In this document: one piece after another, positions 24,835 to 25,873 of the stretch | How the letters are laid out: each line of letters begins with the position of its first letter | How positions within the stretch are numbered: the stretch's first letter is position 1 | DNA from: a virus | Lineage: Duplodnaviria > Caudoviricetes | Reading direction: 5' to 3' (one strand) | IMG/VR virus record: IMGVR_UViG_3300030104_002862 | Location: 1-25,873 of that record | Length of the DNA stretch: 25,873 nucleotides | Notes under the pieces: generated by a model | What the model was told of the DNA's origin: nothing | Databases searched by the model: none | The model's input: only the letters and a program-made list of their open reading frames with translations | Position numbers and translations under genes: made by a program

Positions 24835-25638
24835 ATGCCAAGTGGAGCGCAAGACTTAGGTACAGGTTATAACAATGCAACAACAGAGTCGTTAGGGTTG
24901 ATTGCCGGTGCAACCGGTGGTTCGCCACAAGGAATCTATGAAGAGTCGTCAACACAGGAATATCCAATCGGAACCAAGCGTGAGTTTGAGGACGGTAGAG
25001 TATTTCGTTATTCCAGTTTTGCAGCCGCATGTAACGCCGGAATACTGGTATCGCAAGATGTTTCTGCTACGTCTATAACAGAACAGGATGGAAAACTTAC
25101 TGCCGCAGCAATCGGTGATACAGAAGTTATTTATACCGATAGCGGAACGGTTGGTAGTGCTACTGCAAATCAGTATGCCGGTGGATACTTGCATATCACA
25201 GACGATGCCGGTGAAGGTTACCAGTATCGCATTAAAAGTAACACAGCGGCCAGTAGCAACGCTGTAACATTCACCTTGTATGACGGGTTGGTTGTTGCGG
25301 TAACTACAGCTACAGATGTGGCTGTTACTGGCAACCTGTATAACCAAGTTCGAGCTACAGATTTTACGGATAGCGCAAAGGTTGATTGTACTGTTGCTGG
25401 GGTAACGGCACGATCATTTACGTCTGGTTATTACGGGTGGATTCAAACAGCCGGTGTTGCTACGGTTTTATCAGATGGGGCCATAGCATATGGGGTAATG
25501 GTTGCTGGTTCTGATGGTGTAGCTGGTGCAGTTCATGCGGCAGATACCGATTCCACAGAAATAGTGGTTGGTTACAGCACCATGTTGTCAGATGATACAG
25601 GCCATGTCGGTGTAAATTTAACCGGCGTTGCAACGTAA
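24835..25638 (+). CDS. Putative capsid decoration/cement protein
   Basis: Follows the capsid gene; A/G/T/V-rich; 'DGRVFRY', 'YYGWIQTAG'. Confidence 0.6.
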   Translation: MPSGAQDLGTGYNNATTESLGLIAGATGGSPQGIYEESSTQEYPIGTKREFEDGRVFRYSSFAAACNAGILVSQDVSATSITEQDGKLTAAAIGDTEVIYTDSGTVGSATANQYAGGYLHITDDAGEGYQYRIKSNTAASSNAVTFTLYDGLVVAVTTATDVAVTGNLYNQVRATDFTDSAKVDCTVAGVTARSFTSGYYGWIQTAGVATVLSDGAIAYGVMVAGSDGVAGAVHAADTDSTEIVVGYSTMLSDDTGHVGVNLTGVAT

Positions 25639-25651
25639 GCAGTTCACTTTT

Positions 25652-25706
25652 CGTGTGGCGGTGGGTTTCCACGATGTGATACCTCCAGCCCATCGTCGCA
25701 CGTTTT
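25652..25706 (+). terminator. Long stem-loop after the capsid genes
   Basis: CGTGTGGCGGTGGG / CCCATCGTCGCACG stem with three G-U pairs, followed by TTTT. Confidence 0.55.
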
Positions 25707-25723
25707 AACGAAAGAGAATACAA

Positions 25724-25873
25724 ATGGCAAAACGTATGCCTACAGCAAAAAAAACTGAGCATACCCTGCCGGAACAGTTGGCCGAAGTAGTGCAAGATGC
25801 TACACCTGTCGAGCAAGCACCGGCAGCCAGTGTCACGCCAGATCAGATTGCTGACCTCATTTTGAAGGGGTCT
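25724..25873 (+). CDS. Hypothetical protein, 3'-truncated
   Basis: MAKRMPTAKKTEHTLPEQ... is open to the window end. Confidence 0.55.
   Translation, partial: MAKRMPTAKKTEHTLPEQLAEVVQDATPVEQAPAASVTPDQIADLILKGS

Noticed and set aside
1054-25816. Many antisense or alternative-frame ORFs in the track (e.g. 5092-5502, 7987-8391, 18840-19292, 24949-25347)
   Set aside because: They shadow well-supported genes and lack an RBS or motifs.

Overview
This window is part of a temperate tailed dsDNA bacteriophage genome, apparently in the non-integrated form because attP is intact. It opens with the end of the late operon (+): tail fibre, glycine-rich tail protein, tail chaperone, membrane proteins including an MscS-like fragment, a run of tiny very basic proteins, and a holin-like gene. 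Next is int-attP-xis, where the attP core is the 3' half of a tRNA-Lys(UUU). A long leftward block follows: PAPS-reductase-like, LexA-like and MerR-like HTH genes, a C5 DNA methyltransferase with a nested second-frame subunit, a nuclease-like gene, RusA, an SSB-like gene, a small membrane peptide with a candidate antisense RNA, and an XRE regulator. A second leftward operon carries another tyrosine recombinase. Then come a divergent pair of strong sigma70 promoters sharing an operator, an Ocr-like two-gene cassette flanked by short-repeat arrays, and the start of the late operon (M15 peptidase, TerS, TerL, portal, scaffold, major capsid, decoration protein). All calls come from motif recognition by eye; no searches were run.
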